Below are positions 9,368 through 17,878 of a stretch of DNA of 64,000 bases, piece by piece; the first letter of the stretch is position 1; every line of letters begins with the position of its first letter. The notes under the pieces are model-generated. The model searched no databases. It saw nothing but the letters and a program-made list of their open reading frames with translations, and was not told the DNA's origin. A program made the translations under genes and the position numbers. The DNA is from Bacteroidales bacterium (GTDB lineage Bacteria > Bacteroidota > Bacteroidia > Bacteroidales > JAFGHD01), in NCBI GenBank assembly GCA_016939365.1, contig JAFGHD010000020.1, forward strand, positions 1,758 to 65,757, in the 5' to 3' direction.

Positions 9368-10006
9368 TCAGGTTCCGGGTATGTAAAGGAGCTTCTTGGT
9401 CCCGAAATAGGGTTCACTTATAAACTGCGATAATAAAAACACCTGTGCTCCAGGGTATGATCCGGATGATAGCTTCACCATGTCTCCGCCTGTAAGATAC
9501 AGTACCCCGTTTCTGAGATCATTGAACTGCCTTCCGGAGAGCAGGGGGAAAGCCCATTGACAGAACTGCCTGATGGGTGCCACGGCACGACCGGTGATGA
9601 ATTCAAAACGGTCTTTCATCTCTTCAGCACGGATATGACATGGATTCACGTTAGGGATTCCCAGTTGACGGACGATCTCATAAACTGCAATGATTTTCTT
9701 GGCAGTAGAGTCAATAAGCGTGAATTCACAATCGGGGAACAATACCGCAAGGGGGATACCGGGAAAACCGCCTCCCGTACCGATATCCAGGATGCGGGTT
9801 CCCTTACTGAACCGGATCACCCGTGATATGGACATGGAAGGCACCACATGATGCAGGAAGAGATGATCCATATCCTTCCTCGATATTAAATTGATACGGG
9901 CATTCCACTCCTGATAAAGAGCCTCCATCGCCAGGATAACTGACCGTTGGTGATCCGTCAGTTCCGGAAAGTACTTCATGACGGCATCCATCGTATCGGA
10001 TCTCAT
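9368..10006 (-). CDS. rsmG: 16S rRNA m7G527 methyltransferase
   Basis: WNARINLISRKD, LDIGTGGGFPGIPLA, IDSTAKK and RAVA motifs. Confidence 0.95.
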   Translation of the reverse strand: MRSDTMDAVMKYFPELTDHQRSVILAMEALYQEWNARINLISRKDMDHLFLHHVVPSMSISRVIRFSKGTRILDIGTGGGFPGIPLAVLFPDCEFTLIDSTAKKIIAVYEIVRQLGIPNVNPCHIRAEEMKDRFEFITGRAVAPIRQFCQWAFPLLSGRQFNDLRNGVLYLTGGDMVKLSSGSYPGAQVFLLSQFISEPYFGTKKLLYIPGT

Positions 10007-10138
10007 CTGACTCCAGGTTTTGCAATGATGAATTCCCTCGCGAAGATAAGCTGTATGAGCCGGAACTGCATCAACCGCCTGAGATTATAACTGGTCATGT
10101 CAGGTCGGATATGCCGGTTAGGAAGAACTGTTTTCGGG

Positions 10139-11323
10139 TCAGGATGATGCGGGGATCAATGGCAGGAAAAAACAGACTTCACTCCCCGAGCCTTTCACGC
10201 TTTGTATTTTGATGGTGCCCCCGTTTCTCTCAATGAATTCCCTGGAAAGCATAAAGCCCAGGCCTGAACCTGTCTCGCTTTCTGTCCCGCGGGTAGTATA
10301 AGGCTTTGAAGAATGATAGAGCTTCTCGATTTCAGCTTCAGACATTCCCACGCCATTATCCTTGACACTGATCATGACTTCATCGGTCGACTTTCTGGAA
10401 CTGACGTTGATCATCCCACCTCTCCCGGTGAATTTGATGGCATTGGTCAGGATGTTCCTCAATACCGTAGTCAGCATATATTCATCGCCATCAACAACCA
10501 GATCCGGGGGAATGTCGGATATGATCCGGATGTCTTTGCTGTCGGCCAATCCGGCCAATAACTGCAGGTTTTCATCCACCAGGCTTTTGACCCGGACGGT
10601 TTGGTGAGCCGGTCCGGACTCAATATCGGAAAGCCTGGCCCAGAATTGGAAATTCTCGATCAGTTCGTGTATGGAAGCCGCAGAGCGCCTGACGCTTGTC
10701 AGTAGATCCCGCATCTCTTTCATTCCTTCCGTTCCAGGATCATCCAGCATCAGATCCATGAGTACCCGGATGTTACCTACCGGTGCTTTCAGGTCATGTA
10801 CAAGGATCGAAAAGATCTTCTCGCGGGTAAGTTCACCGAATTGTATGGGGCGGTCTGCCTCCGGAGGAACGGAAAGTGGCTCATCCACAGAAGCCGGGGG
10901 CATTCCATCCGGATATTCCTGAAGATAATAATGTTCAACAAGCGCAGCAACCAATCTGGAAAGTCTTTTGGCAGCCTCTTTCCGGCTGTTGTCACGATCA
11001 TGCCATTCAAAGGAGACCTGCCTTGTTTCTCCCTGGTGAACCCGGTATGTGATTACCTGATATTTCTCTGATACAGGATCCCTGAGCACCTGTTTCAGCA
11101 ATCCGGTCATCTTTCCATTCCGGCCTGCATTGACCATCACCACATGCACATTCTCAGCTCCACCCTTGCCCGCCAATCCATCAATCATATTGAAAGGGAT
11201 GAGCATCAGCCGCCTATTGTCCAGAACCATCAGGCCGGTCATCAAGCTGATGTACCTGAACAGATACGGGTCATCATCCAGGATCACAACATTCCAGGTA
11301 TTGTCGAATGTCATTTTCGCCAT
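10139..11323 (-). CDS. Cytoplasmic histidine kinase with a degenerate N-terminal receiver-like region
   Basis: H-box SILVHDLKAP, N-box NILTNAIKF, G1 DNGVGM and G2 GSGLG. The N-terminus has VVILDDD. Confidence 0.88.
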   Translation of the reverse strand: MAKMTFDNTWNVVILDDDPYLFRYISLMTGLMVLDNRRLMLIPFNMIDGLAGKGGAENVHVVMVNAGRNGKMTGLLKQVLRDPVSEKYQVITYRVHQGETRQVSFEWHDRDNSRKEAAKRLSRLVAALVEHYYLQEYPDGMPPASVDEPLSVPPEADRPIQFGELTREKIFSILVHDLKAPVGNIRVLMDLMLDDPGTEGMKEMRDLLTSVRRSAASIHELIENFQFWARLSDIESGPAHQTVRVKSLVDENLQLLAGLADSKDIRIISDIPPDLVVDGDEYMLTTVLRNILTNAIKFTGRGGMINVSSRKSTDEVMISVKDNGVGMSEAEIEKLYHSSKPYTTRGTESETGSGLGFMLSREFIERNGGTIKIQSVKGSGSEVCFFLPLIPASS

Positions 11324-11559
11324 ACGGATTCATCCCGATTTTCTATAACATCACCCAATCCTGTAATCATACCGGTCAGGTATTGAAAACTCGATGGAGT
11401 TGGAGAACAGCAACAATTATACCCAACTGAATAATGAAATGATACACAAAGCAATGTGTTGGACGGCAAGATGTGGGTCTTACAAAAAACCGAAAAGTCC
11501 TATTAAAACCGGATAGTATTTTAATAACAGTCTGGAATAATGGAAGAATTGAAAGCGAA

Positions 11560-12231
11560 TCACTTTGAAACGGCTCTGTTAAGAAACATGTTGAGGGGGA
11601 CCATCGCCTGAAACAATTCCAGAATGGTCTCAGTTACTTCAGGCCTGACCAGCAGATCGTTTTCCAAAGGGTAAAATACATGATAACTCTTATATCTGAT
11701 GTATTCCGCATGGATAAAATCCTCGGGAAATCCTCTCGGAATCTTCGCCAGCTGATCTCCGGCCAGTGATCCGAAGTATCCGATAAATGAATGGTCCCTG
11801 ACGATTTCAAGAAACTCCTGAATGTTGATGAAGACATGCTCCCTGATTTTCTTCAGAACATCGGCCGGGGGCATGAAAACCCCACCGGCAACAAAGGAAT
11901 TTTGGGGTTCGAGATGAATATAGTAACCTGCACGGCCTCCCGACCTCCCTCCCTGCGAAATAAAACCGCCGAAGTTTGTTTTGTAGGGTGTTTTGTCCCT
12001 GGAAAAGCGGATATCCCTGTATATTCTGAATATACACTGCTTTGCGATCGGATAACCAACAGAGGGATCAAGCCTGATGATTCCCGGTATGATATTTTCA
12101 AGCAACTGCTCAAAGATTGCAAGTGCTTCCTGATACCTGGATTTGTTAGACTGAAACCACTCCTTGTCGTTATGATCCCTGAGATCGTGAAGAAAATTAA
12201 AAACAACTGAAATATCCATATCAGATTTCAT
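11560..12231 (-). CDS. DUF2461 family protein
   Basis: HNDKEWF, IFRIYRDIRFSRDKTPYK and AGYYIHL motifs. Start moved to ATG 12231 (or 12219), downstream of the promoter box. Confidence 0.9.
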   Translation of the reverse strand: MKSDMDISVVFNFLHDLRDHNDKEWFQSNKSRYQEALAIFEQLLENIIPGIIRLDPSVGYPIAKQCIFRIYRDIRFSRDKTPYKTNFGGFISQGGRSGGRAGYYIHLEPQNSFVAGGVFMPPADVLKKIREHVFINIQEFLEIVRDHSFIGYFGSLAGDQLAKIPRGFPEDFIHAEYIRYKSYHVFYPLENDLLVRPEVTETILELFQAMVPLNMFLNRAVSK

Positions 12232-12244
12232 TGATTTGTAACTG

Positions 12245-12260
12245 CAAATGTATATATTTG
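12245..12260. promoter_or_regulatory. Two abutting divergent -7 promoter boxes
   Basis: CAAATGTATATATTTG reads TACATTTG on the minus strand (12245-12252) and TATATTTG on the plus strand (12253-12260). Confidence 0.7.
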
Positions 12261-12287
12261 ACCTGCCAACCAGAACCAAATACCTGC

Positions 12288-13166
12288 ATGTCACTGCTGC
12301 CGAATACCTGCCGTGGCCTGGCAGCCTTCATGGAAGCCTTGATCCTCATATTCACCCCCGAGTTCCTGTATCCTTCACATGACAAGACGGTTCAGGGTGC
12401 ACGAGCCATCTCAATGGGTAATGCATCCGTTACAACATCAGATTTCTGGTCGCTGCACAACAACCAGGCGGGGTTGGCCGGGCTGAAAAGTACCCAGGCA
12501 GGAATCTTCTGCCGGAATTTTTACCTGGTGGGAGAAATGAATTTCCAATCAGCCGGGGTAGCCATTCCTTCAGGGAGAGGCGCTCTTGGGCTCAGCATGT
12601 CGTATTTCGGATATTCGCAGTACAGCGAAAAAAAAATAGGCCTGGCATACAGCCACTCGCTCAGGGGGTCATTATCCGCAGGCATACAGCTGGACTACCT
12701 GCATACTCACATTTCAGAAGGATATGGCAACAACAGCCACCTGACATGCGAAGCGGGGATGATTGCAAAGCTATCGGAGGAGTTGACCATAGCCGCTCAT
12801 GTTTTCAATCCTCTGATGATCGGTGTCCGGCAAGACGAGGAAGAGCGGATTCCTGTCGTTTTCATTGCCGGGTTCTCATGGAGGCCCTCCGGGAAGATCA
12901 TTACGGTTATTGAGGCCGAAAAGCATACCGGTTACAAACCCGCAATAAGGGCAGGAATGGAATATCTTCCTGATCTGTGTTTCCGGGTAAGGCTGGGATA
13001 CACCACTCCTTCAGTGCCATCCGGCAGTGTCAGGAGTGTAATGGCTTCAATGTTCACCTTCGGTGCAGGATACACCCGGGGAAGGTTTGAAGTAAGCCTG
13101 GCCGCCACTTTACACCAGGCCATCGGCTGGTCACCTGCCTTCTCAGCGGTTTATTCATTCAGGTAA
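12288..13166 (+). CDS. Outer-membrane beta-barrel protein (PorV/FadL-like N-terminus), function unknown
   Basis: GARAISMGNA...NNQAGLA motif, amphipathic beta strands and a C-terminal YSFR. Start moved to ATG 12288, after the promoter. Confidence 0.65.
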   Translation: MSLLPNTCRGLAAFMEALILIFTPEFLYPSHDKTVQGARAISMGNASVTTSDFWSLHNNQAGLAGLKSTQAGIFCRNFYLVGEMNFQSAGVAIPSGRGALGLSMSYFGYSQYSEKKIGLAYSHSLRGSLSAGIQLDYLHTHISEGYGNNSHLTCEAGMIAKLSEELTIAAHVFNPLMIGVRQDEEERIPVVFIAGFSWRPSGKIITVIEAEKHTGYKPAIRAGMEYLPDLCFRVRLGYTTPSVPSGSVRSVMASMFTFGAGYTRGRFEVSLAATLHQAIGWSPAFSAVYSFR

Positions 13167-13179
13167 ACAGATCACTTCG

Positions 13180-15333
13180 ATGGTAATCACCTCCAACCGG
13201 CACAGGATATTGAGATATTCAGCAATAACCCTACTGATTTCTCTTGCTGCTGCAGGGGAGGGTCAAATACCTGTCAGACCGGGTGTGGTTTATCTAACAC
13301 ATCTGTCCGATCCGCTGGAGATCATGGCTGAGGAGATGGAAGATGAACCCGATTTCAACGACATGCTGGACGACCTCCTCTACTTCAGGGAGCATCCCCT
13401 GAGCATCAATACGGCCGGACGCGATGAACTTGAAAAGCTGATGATCCTGACCCCCCGGCAGATCCACGACCTCCTCGCCTACCGGGAAACGTACGGCAGA
13501 ATATTTTCGCTATCCGAGCTGTTGGTGATTCCCGGCTGGAGCAATCAGGTACTCGACGGTATCAGCCCTTTCATTACCACAGACGCTGTTGCCGGTGAAA
13601 GGGTGTTCAGGCACCAGTACCTGTGGTCCGATGCACGGTTTGAATTTCTCTCGCGTTACCAGCGTATTGTACAGAAAAAAAAGGGTTACCTGTCGTCTGA
13701 CGATCCTTACTGGCGGGAGCATCCCGAAGCAGGTTACCTGGGTGATCCTTCACGGCTGCTGGTAAGGATGGGATATCGCTGCAGGGATGTGGTCCGAGCC
13801 GGGATGGTGGCTGAAAAAGATCCGGGTGAAGCCCTGCTCCGGGGAAGATGGAATGACACGATTGAAGAACTGATACATCCTTACTACCGCCAGGGTTTTG
13901 ATTTCTATTCCGGATTTCTGATGATTCAACCCGGGGGGGCGTTCAAAAGGATCATCATTGGCGACTATCACCTTCAGTTCGGGCAGGGCCTCACCTTATG
14001 GAGCGGATTCAGCAATGTCAAGGCTATGGACGTCAGTTCATCCAGGCGTTATGCAACCGGGATCAAACCCCGCGCATCAGCTTCCGAGGCCGGCTTTTTC
14101 AGAGGGGGAGCTGTCACAGTGAATTGGAAAAAACTGGATGTCAGTATATTTCATTCCGACGACAAGGTTGATGCCCGTACGGTACAACCGGATGATAAAC
14201 CCGGTGCAGAGTTGGAGATCACGTCTCTTGCAGACGACGGCCTTCACCGAACGGTTTCCGAGATCAGCCGTAAGGACAGGGCCCGGGTACGGCTGACAGG
14301 CACCAACCTCACGTATAAAAGAGACCGCTTTCAGGCCGGTATCACAGGATTCACGAGTACGCTTCAGCCGGGGATAAAAAAGCCTTCAGAGCCTTACAAA
14401 CGATTCGACATATACGGAAGCAATCAGTCCGCAATGGGAGCCGATTACCAGTACCATTTCAGGAAGCTTTACCTGTTCGGCGAATGTGCTACCCATAATG
14501 GCATAGCTTGGGCCCTGCTGCAGGGGCTGATGTTCTTTCCCGATCCCCGAGTATCCATTTCCGTTCTTTTCCGTCATTACCCGGCCGGCTACCGGAATAT
14601 GTTCCAGCAATCTTTTGGCATCAACGAAAGAAGTGCCAACGAACGGGGAATATACACGGCTTTGTCCCTGCTTGTCCATAAGTCATGGACATTGTATGCC
14701 CAGGTCGATACCTACCGGTTTCCATGGTTGAAATACCAGGTTCATGGGCCGTCAGCCGGAAATGAATACATGATAAAAATCGACCATCATCCTTCAAGAA
14801 CTCATTTTTTCTATTTCAGGATCAGACACCGGGAGAAGCTGGTCAATGAATCTGAAACCGGCAGTTATACGGTTCCATTAAGGGTGGAATCGATGACAAG
14901 CTTCAGGGTCAATGCGCAATATGCGCTATCCGGGTGCTGGGTACTCAGAAACAGGCTGGAGATCGTGCGTCATTGCAGTGGGGAAATCCCTCCTGCCTTC
15001 GGATCACTTCTTTACCAGGACTTGCAGTGGAGTCATCCCTCACAGAAATATTCAGCATCGACGCGCCTGGCAATCTTTGATACGGATTCCTACCATGAAA
15101 GAATATATGCCTATGAAAGCGATAATTTGTATTCTTACTCCATTCCCGCTTATTATTACCGGGGATTAAGGTGTTACCTGCTTGTTCACCTCCGACCTGT
15201 CAAACACCTGGAATTCTGGTTCCGGATCGCACAAACCCTATATACAGACAGGCAACAGATTGGCACGGGTCTCGAAGAGATCCCGGGAGATCAGAAAAGC
15301 GAATGGAGTATTCAGATGCGTATCCGGCTGTAG
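13180..15333 (+). CDS. Helix-hairpin-helix (ComEA-like) domain fused to an outer-membrane beta-barrel
   Basis: PLSINTAGRDELEKL...YRETYGRIFSLSELLVIPGW (HhH), EKDPGE, GDYHLQFGQGL, RIYAYESD and a terminal beta strand. Confidence 0.8.
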   Translation: MVITSNRHRILRYSAITLLISLAAAGEGQIPVRPGVVYLTHLSDPLEIMAEEMEDEPDFNDMLDDLLYFREHPLSINTAGRDELEKLMILTPRQIHDLLAYRETYGRIFSLSELLVIPGWSNQVLDGISPFITTDAVAGERVFRHQYLWSDARFEFLSRYQRIVQKKKGYLSSDDPYWREHPEAGYLGDPSRLLVRMGYRCRDVVRAGMVAEKDPGEALLRGRWNDTIEELIHPYYRQGFDFYSGFLMIQPGGAFKRIIIGDYHLQFGQGLTLWSGFSNVKAMDVSSSRRYATGIKPRASASEAGFFRGGAVTVNWKKLDVSIFHSDDKVDARTVQPDDKPGAELEITSLADDGLHRTVSEISRKDRARVRLTGTNLTYKRDRFQAGITGFTSTLQPGIKKPSEPYKRFDIYGSNQSAMGADYQYHFRKLYLFGECATHNGIAWALLQGLMFFPDPRVSISVLFRHYPAGYRNMFQQSFGINERSANERGIYTALSLLVHKSWTLYAQVDTYRFPWLKYQVHGPSAGNEYMIKIDHHPSRTHFFYFRIRHREKLVNESETGSYTVPLRVESMTSFRVNAQYALSGCWVLRNRLEIVRHCSGEIPPAFGSLLYQDLQWSHPSQKYSASTRLAIFDTDSYHERIYAYESDNLYSYSIPAYYYRGLRCYLLVHLRPVKHLEFWFRIAQTLYTDRQQIGTGLEEIPGDQKSEWSIQMRIRL

Positions 15334-15380
15334 CAATTTCCGGAGATGAGTACACTGCAGCAATCCCGGCTGGAATGCCG

Positions 15381-17606
15381 CTATTCTCCCAGTATCTTGA
15401 TTTTCGCAGACAGCAATTCAATTTCGTTGCGGGCCATCTGGATCTTTTTCTCGAATTCCTCCTTTAAAAGATTGGCACGTGCTGATTCGGCAAAAAAACC
15501 GATATTGTTCTCCAGAAGCTTGATCTCATCCTCCAGCTTTCTTCTTTTGTTGATCAGAAAAGTTCTCTCATTATTAATCATCCTCCTGGATTGCGGATCA
15601 TCTCTCAGGTTTTCGACTCTTTGCCGGAAATTAAGGGTTTGCAGTTCTGCCTGGCTGATATCGAGACGGGCCATCTGTTCATTGATTGCGGTTCTGAATT
15701 CCGACTGGAGCCTGTCTTTTTCACTGTGAGGCACATGGCCGATCTCAGTCCATTGCCGCTGAAATTCCTTGAGGGTCTCGAAAGTCTCATTCCGGTTATC
15801 ACTGAAATGAAATTCCCTGATCTGACGGATGATATCCTCCTTGGCTGCCAGGTTTTCGCCTTCCCTTTTTTCAATATTGGAGAAATAGTCAGATTTGCGC
15901 ATGAAGAACTCATCGCAGGCTGCCCGGAATTTTTTCCAGAGTTTGTCCGATTGCTTCCGCGGTACAGGACCGATTTCCCTCCACTCTTTCTGAAGCGCGA
16001 TCATTTCCTGAGTTGTTTTCTTCCAGTCGGTACCGGATTTTATGGCTTCCGCCTGCATGCACAGATTGAGCTTCAGGTTATAGTTGTTCAGTTGCTCTTC
16101 CTTGATGCTGTTCAGATACTCTTTCTTGGCTGAGAAGAAGTTATCCAGGGAAGATTTGAAACGTTCCCATATTTCGTCATTCTGTTTTCTGGGGGCCGGG
16201 CCTATAGTTTTCCAGACCTTTAAAAGCTCGCTCATCTGGCCCGATGCATCCTGCCAGTCCCTGAGCGTATGGAACTCCCGGGTAATGATCTCCTCTGCAT
16301 TCTCGCAAAGAGCCGTTTTGGCCAACAGGTTCTTTTTCTGATCTTCGGAAAGCTGCGCATAATGCTCGCTTCTGCGCTGGTTGATCTTATCTGTAGCAGC
16401 CTTGAATCTCTCCCAAATCTCATCTTTTTTGTCATTGGGGGCAGGACCGATCTCCTTCCACCTTTCGTGAAGTTTCTGAAGCTGCTTGAAGGAGGCCATG
16501 ATACTTGTTTCAAGGAGCAATGACTCAGCCTCCTCACACAGGCTGATCTTCGCCTCCAGATTCTTCTTCAGGTCCAGATCCCTGAGTTCCTTGTTAATCC
16601 TGACCTTGTCAAAAAACTTCTCAATATAAAAATGATAGCTCTGCCAGAGATTGTTTACCTCTGATCTGGGAACAATCCCTATTTGCTTCCAGCGATCCTG
16701 CAAAGCACGGAACTCATCATACGTTTTTTTCAGAGTTTCCTCTGAATCAATGAGGGTTTTCAACTCCTCAAGAATGATCTTCTTGGATTCCAGGTTCAGT
16801 TGCTTGACTTTTTCCTGTTCTTCCAGATAACGTTGCCGCCGGGCCTTGTAAATGGCAAAAAGATCATTGAATTTCTGGCTGATTTCGTCTGTCTTTTCTT
16901 CAGCCCCCTCTTCACCCCCATCCTCGGAGACCAACTGCTCCATTTTTTCCTGCTGCTCTTCCTTGGTAATTTTCAGGAAAGCCACCTTGATCAGGGCCAC
17001 TTTTGCTTTGATGGCTGTAACATCCTCTTCCTCAAGGTTTTTTTCGAGAAGATCAACCAGTTCGGAACGGGACAAGTGGTAATAGCTCTCTTCCGGATGA
17101 CCCGTTTCCATTTCCGAATCCTCATCCTCGCTCCCACCCTCTGTATCAGACAGTTGTTCCGTTCCCGTCTGAGAGTCCTGCTCAAAAGGAACAGTTTCCG
17201 GTTCAGCTAACGGGGTTGAGGAAGATTCACCGCTTAGCGTTTCATTATGTGAAAAATTTTCTGTCTCCTCCGGTGGGCTTAATCCGGCATCTTGTTCTAT
17301 TTGCCGGGATAGTTGCGGCTCCTCGGTTGCCACTTCATCTGCCGTTGCAGAATGATCCTCCGTCTCATTTGCCTGACCGGCCGTTTTTTGTCCATGGAGA
17401 TCATACACGGATTCAGGGCTGTCGGATGAAGGGCTTTCGACATCCTCTGGTTCGGTAATTGGTTCCCGACCGCCAGATTCGGATTCCTGTGATACAGGTT
17501 CAGATCGATCGTGAGATGAATTTCCGGTCGCTCTTTCTGCGGCCTGCGCGTTCTCCTCCTGTTGTTCCTTCACTTCAGGATTCTGATAAAATTCGTTTTT
17601 TTCCAT
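15381..17606 (-). CDS. DUF349 repeat protein with an acidic disordered N-terminus
   Basis: Repeated W(K/R)xIGPxP...D.IW.RF units and KLLENNIGFF near the C-terminus. Confidence 0.92.
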   Translation of the reverse strand: MEKNEFYQNPEVKEQQEENAQAAERATGNSSHDRSEPVSQESESGGREPITEPEDVESPSSDSPESVYDLHGQKTAGQANETEDHSATADEVATEEPQLSRQIEQDAGLSPPEETENFSHNETLSGESSSTPLAEPETVPFEQDSQTGTEQLSDTEGGSEDEDSEMETGHPEESYYHLSRSELVDLLEKNLEEEDVTAIKAKVALIKVAFLKITKEEQQEKMEQLVSEDGGEEGAEEKTDEISQKFNDLFAIYKARRQRYLEEQEKVKQLNLESKKIILEELKTLIDSEETLKKTYDEFRALQDRWKQIGIVPRSEVNNLWQSYHFYIEKFFDKVRINKELRDLDLKKNLEAKISLCEEAESLLLETSIMASFKQLQKLHERWKEIGPAPNDKKDEIWERFKAATDKINQRRSEHYAQLSEDQKKNLLAKTALCENAEEIITREFHTLRDWQDASGQMSELLKVWKTIGPAPRKQNDEIWERFKSSLDNFFSAKKEYLNSIKEEQLNNYNLKLNLCMQAEAIKSGTDWKKTTQEMIALQKEWREIGPVPRKQSDKLWKKFRAACDEFFMRKSDYFSNIEKREGENLAAKEDIIRQIREFHFSDNRNETFETLKEFQRQWTEIGHVPHSEKDRLQSEFRTAINEQMARLDISQAELQTLNFRQRVENLRDDPQSRRMINNERTFLINKRRKLEDEIKLLENNIGFFAESARANLLKEEFEKKIQMARNEIELLSAKIKILGE

Positions 17607-17675
17607 AATTACCAGTATACTGGTATAACACCATCCGGTCGGGGTTTCTCGAACTTGGACCGGTCAAAAGGACTG

Positions 17676-17683
17676 CAAAGTTA
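17676..17683 (-). promoter_or_regulatory. -7 promoter box for the DUF349 gene
   Basis: TAACTTTG on the minus strand, 70 nt upstream of the start. Confidence 0.6.
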
Positions 17684-17878
17684 TAAAATATTTGATCCCT
17701 GCTTGTTTTTCATGAGCCGATCTTTCTGGAGATTTTCTGGTCTTTCTTCCGGATCGGGGGCAACAGCATTTCCACATCTGGCTTTAAGTGTGAATATGTC
17801 GAGTGCCTGATTCCCAGATAAAAAGAGGCTTCGGGAGGCCCGGCAGGAATGACCTGATAAGAAGAGTCCGGGATGAAA

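Noticed and set aside
11501-11526. TATTAAAA-N10-TTTTAATA inverted repeat
   Set aside because: AT-only arms in an AT-rich spacer could easily arise by chance.
15381-16900. Repeated units as a CRISPR or nucleotide repeat array
   Set aside because: The repeats exist only at protein level (DUF349). No identical spaced DNA repeats or cas genes were seen in the window.
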